DNA of 64,000 nt from Octopus sinensis (lineage: Eukaryota). The DNA lies in contig NC_043000.1 of the NCBI RefSeq assembly GCF_006345805.1, positions 100,626,001-100,690,000 of the forward strand, read 5' to 3'. A model generated the notes under the pieces. The model was not told the DNA's origin and ran no database searches. It worked only from the letters and a program-made list of their open reading frames with translations. This document shows positions 24,464 through 38,247 of the stretch, one piece after another. Position numbers and translations under genes: made by a program. Position 1 is the stretch's first letter; every line of letters starts with the position of its first letter.

Positions 24464-24891
24464 CCACACAGTAGTAGAATCAAAGATGGCATTTCAAGAC
24501 GGTTTCAATATCAGTGTTTCTAGGAGCACTTGGAATGTTCAAAAAATAAGCTGAAAATTATTTAAGAATGGTCTCTGGATTACTATCCATATAAGAAGTT
24601 CAAAAGGTTGTATTAACTGGTACGTCACACGTATTGAGAAGAGCATTGTCGCTGTGAATTTTCTTTCCACTTTTACCCTTTATTTTCTTTGTTTATTCTT
24701 ATAATTCATATTTTTTCCTTTTTCCTCTCTGTCTTTCTTCCCTTTTGTCTATGACATGACTGTGTAAATGAACAATTTGTTGTGATTATTTTAATGGCCT
24801 ACAAATGTGTACAGTGCGTTTCTCTGCCCTAGATGTCAGGAAGGCACTCGGCAAGGAAAGGAAACAGAATTGAAAAATGATAATGAAAGTG
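24464..24891 (+). mobile_element. 3' end of a Dong-like element (same family as 39109-39725), ending at (AAT)n
   Basis: GALGMFKK.AENYLRM..EVQKVVLTGTSHVLRRALSL*; 3' UTR motif GCCCTAG..CACTCGGCAAG is shared with the 39.1 kb copy. Confidence 0.8.
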
Positions 24892-24897
24892 ATAATA

Positions 24898-24988
<91 letters not shown>
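24892..24988. repeat. (AAT)n microsatellite
   Basis: Direct reading. Confidence 0.98.
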
Positions 24989-25399
24989 GTTAACGGAACC
25001 CATAACAAAACCAAGTAAAAGAACGGAGGACGAATAATTATTAATACTATTATGCAACACTCCTCGAAAAACATACAAGAATAAACTCATACTGTATATA
25101 TCCAACAAAATGAACAAAACCTACATGTGTAATAGAAGGTCAATACCTGACAGAAGAACACAACCTGCGCTACACAAACAACACACAATATAAAAACTAA
25201 TACAACAGGGGACTCAAACAAAACCCCATAATAAAACATACTGATACAATACGATATTCCCCCACCAAAATAAGTAAAAAAAGAATGTAGCAATACACCA
25301 CCCCACCAGCACAAAGGTGCAACAACTGATACAATAGAAAGTTGCCTGAACCTTTCAGATGTCGAAAAATTGATTTTTTATTACCCACAAGATGTCGAA

Positions 25400-28285
25400 A
25401 AATAATAGGGGTGTTGACGATGGTGACGAACGTTATCTTACTTCAGTTTATAAGAGACAGAAGTTTCCGACGAACCCAGGTTGTAACAGCGAAAATTAAG
25501 CTGGACCTTTAAGGGAAGATTTCTCGCTCCGCAATGGATCAGCAAAGATGCAGACTGACCACAGCTGTCATCCTAATACAGCATCAGCAGATAATAGAGC
25601 AAAGAGGAGGAAGTGGACCAGCGAAGAATACACGATAGTGATACAGTGCTACTTAGAATATGAACCGAAAAAGGGGGCTGCGTAGAGAAGGGTGTGTTTA
25701 AAGTGACTGAGCAGAGATTAGTTGATCAAGATAATGCTATTAGAAGTAAGAGAGTGACAGAATTAGAGGTAGAAGAGATCACAAGAGAACTGGAAAAGAA
25801 TGACCAGGCAGTAGGAAAGACTAACAACATAATAGATAAAGCTAAAACCAAGGAAGAAAAAGAAGAGCCTAAAGGAAAAAAATAATAATAGAGCTACCAA
25901 TACGGAAAGGACAATTGGCACCAACGACTTAAATGATTTAAGTGAAGAAGATCAGAAGATTTTAGGTGAGTTGCAGGAAGGAATGAGTAAAGAAGTAAGA
26001 AAACTATTGCCAGCATTAAAAGCACCAACAGAAGGAAGCTACAAGAAATGACTAGGAAAGTAGATTCTGTTATCAGTAGTATAGATACTAGAAATGAAGA
26101 AGATACTAACTTATTGAGCTATGCAGGAGGGGTAGTAGTCACTAGAAGATTGGATATCTCACAGGGAAAGATTTAAAAAGAGCAAACGTAGAAAAGGAAA
26201 CTACAAAATGAAGTGAAAACTTTAAGAAAAGATCTGGGTAGAATAGAGGCCTTGAAAACAAGCAAGTCTGGAAACACAAGATGCAAATCTTGCCTCGAGG
26301 AAAGATACTTAGTCAAAGAGAAAATATTTGGGACAATAATAGAAGAATTGAAACAGCGTATCATAGCAGTACCTGGCAAGATCTCCAGATATCAGAAAAG
26401 AATAGCTCAATATCAACAGAACAGATTAGTTGAGACAAACCAGAGGAGATTTCATAACCAAATAAATAGTGGAGAAAGAAGTATTGAAAATGAGAAACTT
26501 AATGCAGAGGAAGCTAGAAAGTTCTGGAGTAATATTTGGGATAAGCCAGTCAATCATAATGGAGATGCAATATGGTTAAAAAGAAAGGAAGAAGTAGTGA
26601 GAGAGAAGCAGCCAGATCTAAGATTAAGTAGTGCATTAATGAATAAATTGCTAGGAAAAACCGAAATGAAAGGGCCCAAGAACAAATTTAGTTCAAGGGT
26701 ACTGGTTAAAGAAATTCAGTAGTTTACATGTGAGGCTGAGAGGAACAACTTCAAGATTGCCTTAATGGAGGAATAATACCAGATTGGATGACTAGAGGGA
26801 GGACAATACTCATTATGTAGGATATGCGCGAGGCTAATACAGCGAGCAACTATAAACCAATCACTCGCTTACCATTAGTGTGGAAGCTGTTAACAGGAAT
26901 GCTTTCAAAAAGCATATACGAGCACCTTGACAACCAGAATTTACTACTAGAAGAACAGAAAGGTTGCAAGAAGGCTAGAGGAACGCATGATCTATCATAT
27001 ATAGACAAAGCAGTTCTAAATGAAATAAAAGTTACAAAGAAAACTCTAACGATAGCATGAATGGATTATAGGAAAGCTTATGCCATGATCCCACACTCAT
27101 GGATAAGCAGATGTTTGAGTATATTCAGTATAGCAGACAACATAAGAGAATTAATTAGCTGTAGCATAAAGAAATCGGATGTAGATCTGTACTCAGGTGA
27201 CACACTGTTAGAGAAAGTTAATATCAAAAGAGGAATTTTCCAGGGGGGATTCGTTGTCCCCTTTAATATTTGTCTTATGTTTAATCTTCCTCAGTTTAGT
27301 ATTAAGGAAAGCAAAGACAGGGTATCAGTGCAGAAACAGTAATGGAAAAATTAACCATTTGCTCTACATGGATGATCTGAAGCTTTTTAGTATGAATGAA
27401 AAAGAGATAAATTCCTTAATACAGGCTGTAAGACTCTTCAGCGAAGATATAGGCATGAAATTTGACATAGATAAGAGTGCAATATTAGTCATGAGAAGGG
27501 GACAGGTAGTCAACAGTGAAGACATCCAATTACCAGATGGTCAGACATTAAAATCATTGAAAGGAGGAGAGAATTATAAGTATCTAGGAGTATTAGAATC
27601 TGACAGAGTACTAACTATAGAAATGAAAACGAAAATTGAGGAGTACATCAGAAGGGTGAGGAAGCTAATGAAGTCAAAGCTAAATGGTCCGAATCTAGTG
27701 AAGGCTGTAAATACTTGGGCAGTATCATTTCTTAGATACTTAGAAGCTTTTGCAGATTGGACAAAAACTGAATTAGCAAAGCTAGCCAGAAGAAATAGGA
27801 AGGAATTCAATATGAATGCAGGACTCCTTCCAAGGGCAGGAGTAGCATATTATACCTACCTAGAAAAGAAATTGGATTACAGATAATATCAGTAGAAGAC
27901 TGCGTGGAGTTAGCTAGAGTAGATATAGACTTCTATATAGGTAATAGCGAAGAAAGTTTATTAAAAGCTACTAGAGCCACAGCAAGGCATGGTGAAACCA
28001 AAGCACCTAACGAAGTTAAAAACCAGAAAAAATACCAAAACTTATCTGACTGAGAGGAGAAGGCATTACATGGTAGATTCCCAAACATAGCTGCAGCAAA
28101 TAGTAGTAGTGAAACAAGGTTATAGCTGCAGAAAGGAAAACTGAAGAGGGAGACAGAAAGTTTGTTAGTAGCTGCACACGATCAAGCATTAAGAACTAAT
28201 TGGATAAAAATCAAGATAGTCAAAAACCAAGTAGATTCCCAATGTAGATTATGCAAATTGAAAGCGGAAAGCATTACTCATGTAG
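25400..28285 (+). mobile_element. R4/Dong-type LINE (second family), N-terminus to zinc knuckle, decayed, RLE missing
   Basis: ORFs 26213-26722, 26824-27060 (NYKPITRLP, EEQKGC), 27061-27342 (DYRKAY..RGIFQG) and 27254-27886 (HLLYMDDLKL); the last recognisable residues are QCRLCKLKAESITHVV. Confidence 0.9.
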
Positions 28286-30981
28286 TATGAAACTAGTAGA
28301 CAATCAACACTACTAAGCAACAAAAAAAGAAAAATACTACATAAATACAATATTACAGAACTAGGTATACCTGAAGTAAAAGAACAGCTAAACCAATATA
28401 TCCTCGCCAAAGCATAAAGAATCCGCCGATATGAGAAACGCCAACATTTCTTTGAACAAAACAAACAGTTCAACTCAACCCCAAAATATTCTACCACGAA
28501 CTTAGCAAAAATAAAATATGCAGAAGAAGTGGAAGAATTTTGAAAAGAAATATGATCGGCGAAGGAACAACCTGAGCAACAATCTATCACAACAACGATC
28601 ACAGTACATGAACAACTCTGGATCCTTATAACAACTGCAGATGTCACCCGGGCACTGCAAAAACTAAGCAACTGGAAGGCACCCGGGAACAAAATCCCCA
28701 ACTTCTGATAAAAATACTTAACAGGAACATATAAAAAGCTGGCTGAGAAATGAAATGAAATACTAGCACAGCCAGAGACAATGCCTGAATGGCTCACGGA
28801 AGAGAAAACTATTCTAATTCCCAAATCCACTGAAACGGTAAACCCACAAAATCACAGACCGATAACTTGTCTCCCTACAATTTACATAGCTTTTACTGGA
28901 ATAATATCGGAGAGAATGAGCAAATATCTGGAAGAAAACAACCTGTTTCCAGAAGATCAGAAGGATGATGCAAGGGCTCATACAGCTGTAAAGATCAGCT
29001 ATTGATCAATAAAGCCATAACTGTAGACAGCCGAAGAAAGAAAAAGTGTCTAAGTATGGCTTGGATCGATTCCTGAAAGGCTTTTGACAGTATTCCCCAT
29101 ACAGGGATCCGAGAAACACTAGCCATGAAGAAGGTAGCACCAATAATCATAAAATATATAAAACATTCTATGAATAAATGGCAGATTGTGCTACAGCTCC
29201 AGACAAAAGAGGGATTCATAAAAACCAAAGCCATCTCCATAAGAAGATGAATATTCCAGAGAGAGACACACTCACCATTCCATTTTTGCTTGGCACTGGC
29301 ACCTTTATCTGACGCGCTAAACAGAACTGGATGTGGACACAGCTGTTACGGCAAAAAGTTAGCCACCTCTTATATATAGATGATTTAAAACTGTACGCTA
29401 CAATTGATGAACAGCTGGAAACATTACTGCTGACAGTACATGGATTTACCAAAGAAATAAACATGAAATTTGGCTTAGAAAAATGTGCCAAAATAAACTT
29501 GAAAAGAGGAAAACTAGTTAAGAGTAGCAGCATCACACTAGATAAAGTAAATGAAATAACAGAATTAGACCAGAGTCAGACATACAAAGTACTTAGGAAT
29601 CAATGAATTAGATACGATACAACACACACAAATGAAAGAGAAGATAAGAAAGGAATACAATAGACGCTTTAGATTAATACTGAAAATAGAGCTCAATGCG
29701 AAAAAGCAAGATAATAGGTATCAACACCCTGGCTGTCCCAGTTATAAGTTACAGCTACAATATTCTTAACTGGAAAAATAACGACGGCATTTAGGATGCA
29801 CCATCCAAAATCTGACATAGAACGGTTATATATACAACGTATTGAAGGTGGCAGAGGCCTTATACAGTTAGAAAAATATTACAAAATAACCACCATAGGA
29901 CTACAGAAATACCTACTCAGAAGCAAGGAAAACTAATACAAATAACCACAAAACACGAAAAAAACCCCAAAAAACTGTTTTCAGACTTTAAGGAAGCTGA
30001 CATATACAAAAAAGGAGTCATAGTACCTAACAGCTATGAAAAAAAAAAAGAAACAACAAAAGCAGTAAAACAAGTGAAATCCAAACTAATGCTGGAACAG
30101 CAACGGAACATGATAAAACGATGGCAAGAAAAGCCCCTTCATTGCAAATACTCGGTTAAACTAAACAGAAAAGGAATAGAAAAGGCAAAATCCCAACAAT
30201 GGTTAAGAAGCTCAGAACCCAATGCAGAGACTGATGGATTTTTAATTGCAGCACATGTTTAAAGCCTTCCCACCAGAAATTACCAAAAACGTGTAATGAA
30301 AAGAAATACACATAACTGCAGAATATGTGGAGATGGACAAGAAGCAATAAATCATATTGTCTCTGGCTACCCAGGCCTGGCTAAGAAGGAATATATTCAC
30401 TGACGCGACAAAGTTTGGACCTATATACACTGGAAGCTATGCCAACACTATGGAATAACAACAGAAAAAAGATGGTATAGGCACACGCCAGAAAAGTTCA
30501 CAGGAAATGAGAAAGCAGCCATACTCTGGGATATGCCAATACTCACAGATAGAGAAATTAAGACCAGTAGGTCGGATATAGTTGTCAGAGATCACAAAAA
30601 AAATTTTTTAACGCTTTCTAATCTATGTATCAATACCAACAGGTGACAATGTTTCTTTAAAAGAAACAGAGAATCTTTCAAAATACGAAGATCTGGAAAG
30701 AGAGGTAACTCGAATGTGGAGTCTAAAAACAGAAACAATTCCTCACACAGTAGGCGCACCAGGTATGATAAACGAACATAACAAAAACATAACAAAAACA
30801 TCAGGACTAACAAGTATATATAACATACAGAAAGTAGCATTACTAGGCACCGCACACATCCTACGTAAAACACTTTCAATACAGTAAAAATAATAGCATC
30901 ACAACAAACTACAGAACACACCCAAGGCACACAGAGCTGCGTTCAGTAGTGCAGTGAAAGCACATGATAAAAATAAGACTA

Positions 30982-30984
<3 letters not shown>
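28286..30984 (+). mobile_element. R4/Dong-type LINE, same family as 1-3016, 5'-truncated, 3' end running into (AAT)n
   Basis: Colinear with the reverse complement of 1-2595; HLLYIDDLKLY; CRICGDG..HIVSG; IQKVALLGTAHILRKTLS; (AAT)n at 30985-31058. Confidence 0.92.
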
Positions 30985-31058
<74 letters not shown>

Positions 31059-31060
<2 letters not shown>

Positions 31061-31427
31061 GGAAGCACTCCGTCGGTTACGACGATGAGTGTTCCGGTTG
31101 ATCCGATCAACGGAACAGCCTGCTCGTGAAATTAACGTGTAAGTGGCTGAGCACTCCACAGACACGTGTACCCTTAACGTAGTTCTCGGGGATATTCAGC
31201 GTGACACAGAGAGTGACAAGGCCGGCCCTTTGAAATACAGGTACAACAGAAACAGGAAGTAAGAGTGAGAGAAAGTTGTGGTGAAAGAGTACAGCAGGGA
31301 TCACCACCATCCCTGCCGGAGCCTCGTGGAGCTTTAGATGTTTTCGCTCAATAAACACTCACAACGCCCGGTCTGGGAATCGAAACCGCGAGTCCGCTGG
31401 CCTAACCACTGGGCCATTGTGCCTCCA
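31059..31427 (-). mobile_element. SINE family C embedded in (TAA)n
   Basis: Near-identical to 40796-41181, with a short head deletion. Confidence 0.9.
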
Positions 31428-31440
31428 TATAATAATAATG

Positions 31441-31503
<63 letters not shown>

Positions 31504-31523
31504 TAATAATAATAATAATAAGA

Positions 31524-31566
<43 letters not shown>

Positions 31567-31638
31567 TGATGATGATGATGATAATGATGATGATGATGAC
31601 GACGACGACAACAACAACAACAATGATAATAATAATAG

Positions 31639-31706
<68 letters not shown>

Positions 31707-31737
31707 TAATAATAATGATAATGATAATAATAATTAC

Positions 31738-31798
<61 letters not shown>
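31428..31798. repeat. Compound (AAT)/(GAT)/(GAC)/(AAC) microsatellite
   Basis: Direct reading. Confidence 0.97.
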
Positions 31799-31919
31799 GT
31801 CTAATTGTTTGTTCACTAAGCTACTTCTCTTCCTCCAATTATCTCCAACCCTGGCCTATTTATGATTATCTCAAGTACAAGGCAAAAGTCGAAACTAAGC
31901 AACATGTAATAATATTTTA

Positions 31920-33839
31920 GTTGTATGGCAGACTTATCTAAATCCTACAGCAACAATGATAACGGTTACACTATCACCATGGCTACAAAGGTTAGCCACA
32001 ACGATACAAACCAAGGCACTATTGGTGGTAACTAATGCTGGTAATGCTGGCAAAACCAAAATGATGACGTGTCTGGTCGTAGCAGATGAATGGCAGCCAA
32101 TCATTCTCGAGGGCGTGGAGCTGGAGGATGTGGAGTCCTTCGTCTACCTGAGTTCAACAGTGGTTCCAACGGGCCAGAGCGCAGTTGAGGTCGAGCGTCG
32201 CATAGGTGCTGCCAGATCCGCATTCGTGCACCTCCAGCGGTGCCTGTGGGACAGAAGAGAGATCTCCTCGGTGACCAAAGGGCCAATCTACCAGGCCGTC
32301 GTTCGTACTATCCTCCTCTATGGTTGTGAAACATGGCCTATGAGGGTAGTCGATCAGCGAAGGCTGGAGGTGTTCGACAATGACTGTCTCCGCCGCAATC
32401 TTCGCTGCCGACGCATTGATCGGGTTCCTACAGCCAGTCTTCGTCATCGCCTGAATCTCCGGCCCCTCCCTTCGGTGCTTCTACAACGGAGCTTAAGGTG
32501 GTTCGGTCATGCGGCCCGGCGTGCAGAGGATGAACTGATTCCCGATGTCCTCCTCCCACCTCGACTTCCCACCTGGCGCAAACGCACGGGGGATGGGGGG
32601 GCAACTGAATACCTGGGCAACGACGATAAAGGAGGACATGTCCGAACTCTCAGGTCCGCAGGTGGTCGGTCTGTGCAGATGGAACCGCGAATGGTTCGCT
32701 ATCTCCAGTGGCCTCGCACAAGACCGTCGAGCGTGGGACGCCATGGTTCGTGATGCCGTTAGGGCCAGAGGAGAAGCCGGCTCAACCCGCCCTGGGTGAA
32801 CGCCGTCACAAGTACAAGTACAAGTAACTAACGCTGAACAATGTCGTAATGGCAAGTTTGAAGTAATTGTAACGGTATTAATGGCAGAGTTGACAATAGT
32901 GGCAGAGACAACAACCATCTCTACGTCTTCCACACAGGATTCAATACTAATAACTTTAGTGTAGCACAAATATGTCTAACAAAACAAAAAGGAAAACTAC
33001 TACGGTACACCACATCGCTTGACCTATGGTTAATTTGCAATCGCGTACCCCATGAGAGTGCCAGTGTGAGGTCAAAAAGTCATCCACTGGCACACACTCT
33101 TCTCTGAATACGTACCTGGATGGTCACTTGAACGAGAACTACCCTAACTCAAGCCCAACAAGCTCACCACCACACGCACCACAAACAGAAAAATGTAAGA
33201 CGATCAAAAGGACCCGAGAAGAGTATATATACGCTTATTACTATGCATTAAGGTAGACCATCTTAAGAGAAACACACCGCACACTCTTATCAAATATGGA
33301 GAATACGAAATCGAGAGAGCACACTATATTTGTTACCAAATGTTAGGAGGGATATCTTTAGAAATAATAGACTCAGTGAATTAACCGCGATCAAGCGCAC
33401 AGCGGAAAATGACCTAAATATATGACAGAAAGGAAGTGAAGAACCACACGAAGGGAGCAACTCTCCACAAGTCTCAACTGAAAGACTGCCATCTGACCTG
33501 AACACGCAAATGTCTGAAGAAGTGAATTGTAATGAACCTGATAAAACGAGCGAGGAAGGTGATAACGAAACAATACTTGAAGATCACACATTTACTGAAG
33601 AACATAGAGAGTATATGACAGAAATGAAGTAGAAAATCCTGAATAAGCTTGCAGTTGTAAGACATGCCAATATACATGATAGAGAATAACTTCACAAACT
33701 CTCAATCCAAAATAGAAAATAAAAATGATAATTGGCAACTATGTAACAAAAGAAATCATACAAGGACTAAAACCTGATTTCACCTTGTTAAGCGAAATTA
33801 TTTACGCAGCTGCTAATACACTTGAAGCCAATTGTATGC

Positions 33840-33917
<78 letters not shown>

Positions 33918-35525
33918 ATCTATCTATCTATTTGTCTGTCTGTCTGTCTGTCTTTCTGTCTGTCTTTCTGTTTGTCTATCTATCTAGGAACCCGAGCTGG
34001 CCAAAGCCTTGTGAATGGATTTGGTAGAATGGAAACTCAAAAAAGCCAGTCGATGTATGTATGTATGTATGTATGTATATATGTATGTATGTATGTATGT
34101 AGTATGTATGTATGTATGTATGTATGTATGTACGTATGTATGGATGGATGGATTGATGGATGGATAGATGTATTTAGGTATCTATGAATAAATATGTGTG
34201 CGTATGCCTCTATGTGCATGTTTATATTTATGTATAAGTATACATCCCCACCTTTCATCACCATTGCTTCTTTTTCTTGTCTTTTCTTTTGAAGTTGTTC
34301 TTATTTTCATTGTTTTTCTTTTATCTCCCCAAGGAATGGGAATTCATTGACAAGCTTTTTTCATTTACTTTTTTCGTTTCTTTTAAATTTACTTACGGTA
34401 CACCCTTGTATATTTTTCCTCGTCTGGTTTGAAGTTTTCAGTTAACATCTTAACCTAAGTAAATAGATGGCTCATCTATGTACTTTGATCTAAACCTTGG
34501 GCCCTTCAAACGCGGAGGCCCCCTCCGATTACAAGGGTTGCAGAGGCTTAGCGACCCCACTCTCATGGAAGAAGTTGAAAACTTTTGGGAAAATATCTGG
34601 CGTGACGAAAAGACATACAATGAAAATGCAGACTGGATCAGACGCACAAAAAATCCTTCCAAAATTTACCAAAACAAGCATCGGAAGACATCACAATAGC
34701 AGACCTAAAGATGACACCCAGAAGGCTCATAATTGGAAATCCCCTGGTAATGATACAGTGCCAAATTTCTGGCTTGCATCGCTCCTGTGCGTACACGAAA
34801 AGTTAGTTCAGTAATTGAATGAAATTATGAGAGATCCTAAGAAAACACCTGATTGGTTACCAAGAGATATTACCTACTTCCGAAGAATAATGAAACCAAA
34901 TTTCCCCAAAACTATAAGATGCATCACCCAAAGGCAGACGCAAAATCGTCTTTGCTTTCTCAGAGCCCAAGGAGGTCGAGGCTGGATCCAATTTGAAATC
35001 TCTTACAAAACCACCACAATTGGAGTGGCCAAATATCTTGAAACATCTAACGACCGGATGCTAAAGCTCGTTAAGGACCACGGGAGACGTAAAAAGCTTT
35101 ATTCTGTCATGGAGGAGAGCAAAAAGTTTACTAATGAGTTCATGCATAATATCTAAATTGCACAGCATGATGGAAGTTCGGCAACTGTAGTTGCAAAGAA
35201 GGTGAAATAAATGGCAAAGCAAAAAGCGCTTGAACAATTGGCTGATAGGTGGGAACAAAAATCTCTGCATATGTGGCCCGTACTAAACAAGCTGATGTAC
35301 ACCAGAAGAACACCCATCAGTAGCTACAGGGCTCAGGGATAAAGGCAGAGAGTGAAGGCTTTATCTTGGCTGCTCAAGGTCAGAGCCTATTGACCCAGAA
35401 CTACCAAGCTAAAGTGATTAAAAATGGTATAGACCCAAAGTGCCGATACTGCAACGATGAAATTGAAAGTGGCCCCTTCATCTTTGGGTGTAAAGTTTTA
35501 GCAGTAGCAGAATATAAAGTGACAG
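31920..35525 (+). mobile_element. Fragmented Dong-like LINE, interrupted by RTE and microsatellites, RT core deleted near 34920
   Basis: 33200-33830 SYQIWRIRNRE..LPNVRRDIFRNNRLSE; 34550-34920 EVENFWENIW, NWKSPGND..NFW; the sequence then jumps to QGGRGWIQ, ESEGFILAAQ and DPKCRYC. Confidence 0.75.
32041..32823 (+). mobile_element. RTE-clade LINE 3' fragment with (CAAGTA)n tail and 13-bp TSD
   Basis: ORF motifs EDVESFVYL, ILLYGCETW, LRWFGHAARR; TSD GTAACTAATGCTG (32028-32040) / GTAACTAACGCTG (32824-32836). Confidence 0.92.
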
Positions 35526-35529
35526 CTGG

Positions 35530-36279
35530 GCACCGTCTGTAAGAGAAACAGCACCATGACACAGTTCACTCTGCCAGAAATTTGGAAACGATATGCTGTA
35601 CTGCTTGACATTCGCGCCGGAAGATCCACTACAAACAATTCAGGGTGTTCGGGTTGTCAATCCGAGGATATGTACCAAGAGTGATAAAAATTAAACATCC
35701 AGTCAACATCATGGTGTTTGGATCTCTAGTGATGGCGATGCTATGCCTCCATTGATCTTCTCACATGGCATCAGATTTAACACGGAGGCCTAAATCAAGT
35801 GCCTGGAGGAGGTAGTACTGCCCTCGGTGAAGAAGGTGGCTGATGGGAGAGCCTATGTCTGGCAACAGGACTCTGTACCATGTCACACAAACAAGAGAAC
35901 CCAGTCGTGGCAGTCAGACAATTTCTGCGACATCACTCCTAACATCTGACCACCTCACAACCCAGGCTAAAACCCCAATTGATTATTATGTGTGGGGCAC
36001 AGTTGAGCGTGAAACCAACAAAACTCCTTGTAACATCAAAGATGAACTGAAGACAAGGATTATGGCAGCATTCACCAACTTAAACAAGGAGACTGTCCAG
36101 AAGAGTTGCAGGAGATTCCGAAGCCGTCTGGGAGCCGTGGTTGAAGCCAATGGCAATTTTATTGAACATATTTACTCTTTAGTAATCAAAGATATCTTTA
36201 CTTAATTTTAGTAAATATATGTGTTAAAATGAAATGTCAGTGTCATTTCCTTTAGACGACAGTTTATTCACCGCGCCCA
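35530..36279 (+). mobile_element. Tc1/mariner-superfamily transposon 3' remnant
   Basis: KHPVNIMVFG; PIDYYVWGTVERETNK..FRSRLGAVVEANGNFIE; TIR-like TTATTCACCGCGCCC. Confidence 0.8.
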
Positions 36280-37111
36280 ATATATATATACTATATACTA
36301 TTTATTGGTAAGTCCTGTTAATTACTATATATGTATTTATACGTCCACTGATATTATTTAATGCTAAATCCTGTTAATTATTATATATGTATTTATGTGT
36401 CCAATGATACTTAAAAATATTTATATATATATAAGTACTACGAATGTTTACAGGCACATCATATGTGAAAATATGTGGTGTGTATGTATATGTTTGTTGT
36501 TACACATGAGTATACATATGGATATGTAGATGTGAGTATAATTCTATTAGTTCGTTGGTGAGGGTTTAAATAGGAATATAATAGTATTGTAATAATACTA
36601 GACTTCTTACGTAGTGATATTATCTGTATAAGTTATAAGGAGTTATTTTGATTATATATCTTAGAATATTAGCGTATTTTGACTTTTTACAATTAATTTC
36701 TTATAATTTAATTATTATAAACCTCTGTTAACTTAGTATATATATATTTTTATGTCTTTTGATAGACAAACATAAACGGGTATTCTATAATTTATAATTT
36801 AGTAAATTGTTTGAATGAAACACAGCGGTAAAGATGCGGACATTTTTAGTTCTAAAATATTTTGTTTACGACAAATACGGTGTCACATGAATTATGTACC
36901 TTATGACAAATTACACTCTCCATCTGGATATAATTATATGTATAATTGCATTTACGGATTTATGGACATATGTGAGTGGATTTGTTTGTAAATACTTAGT
37001 TAATACCACCGTCATGGTGCGTCCGGGGCGGGTGGATGTCTGCATGCATGTTTGTGCAATCGGTTGAGTTCCTCTGTTTGCATGTGTATAGTTGGGATAG
37101 TACCTCTTATG

Positions 37112-37142
<31 letters not shown>

Positions 37143-37726
37143 TGATTTGGTTGTATATGTGGGTATGCATGTGTGTATGTGTGTATGTGTGTATGCGTGT
37201 GGGTGTGTGTGTGTGTATACATATAACTAGGTATGTATGTGCGCACGCTTTGTGGATGTGCGTGCGCGTGTGTATGTTTCCTAGCTAACTAACAGTAAAA
37301 TTTCTATTGTAATTCAAATTTAAAAGTATAGGCCAATCGAATCCATCTGTGAAAATTAATACCATGCGGGCAGAGGAATTCGACTGATTGCGTATATATG
37401 CGGATGTCCGCTTGCATTGGATGGTACCGTCGTGGTGATATTAGCTTTATTAACTTTTTGTGAAATGACACATTTTAATATATTGGACTGTTTAATATAT
37501 ATGCCTGCTTTGAGTGTGAGTGTGTCTGTTGTGGTTTCTTGATGTTGGTTGAGGAGCTGTGGAGTTCAATATGGAACATTATTGTGTTTGTTGATGTATA
37601 TTGATCTATATTGTTTATATTGTATTATTGTGTATATATATATATGTAAGAATATGAGTGTGTATGCACACATATTTATATTTATATGTAAATTATTTAG
37701 GATTTGTACTCATACTTGCATTAAAA

Positions 37727-37836
37727 TCTCTGAAGAGGCCGTGAGATATTCTTGTTAATGTCTCATTTATACCTGCTTTATATGGCTAATAGGTTAAATG
37801 AGACATACCTGTCTTCACGGCCGAAACAGCTGTCAG
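37727..37836 (+). ncRNA. Minimal type I hammerhead ribozyme with long stem II
   Basis: CTGAAGA (37730-36); GGCCGTGA/TCACGGCC 8-bp stem with an inner 12-bp ATGTCTCATTTA/TAAATGAGACAT stem; GAAA (37823-26); palindromic ACAGCTGT; GTC cleavage triplet. Confidence 0.82.
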
Positions 37837-38044
37837 CTACAATGTAAATGTATTTCTATGTCTTGTTATATTTGTACTATATTAATGTATAATATCATTG
37901 CTATTATGTAGTGGTTTAATAAAGTATTGATTGGGTATTATCTGATAGTTGATGATTGATTTAGATATATTTCTCCATTTTCTCATTTTGTATATATATA
38001 TATATATATAATATATATATATCTATATATATTGGGCGTGGTGA

Positions 38045-38094
<50 letters not shown>

Positions 38095-38207
38095 CTGTGT
38101 ACATTGTACTTATATGAATAATATATAGTCTACTGACTAATTTTTCTACACGCTAGGCCGCAGGTAGTAAAAATTTCAAAAATTGTTATTACTCTGATGT
38201 TATTAAG

Positions 38208-38247
<40 letters not shown>

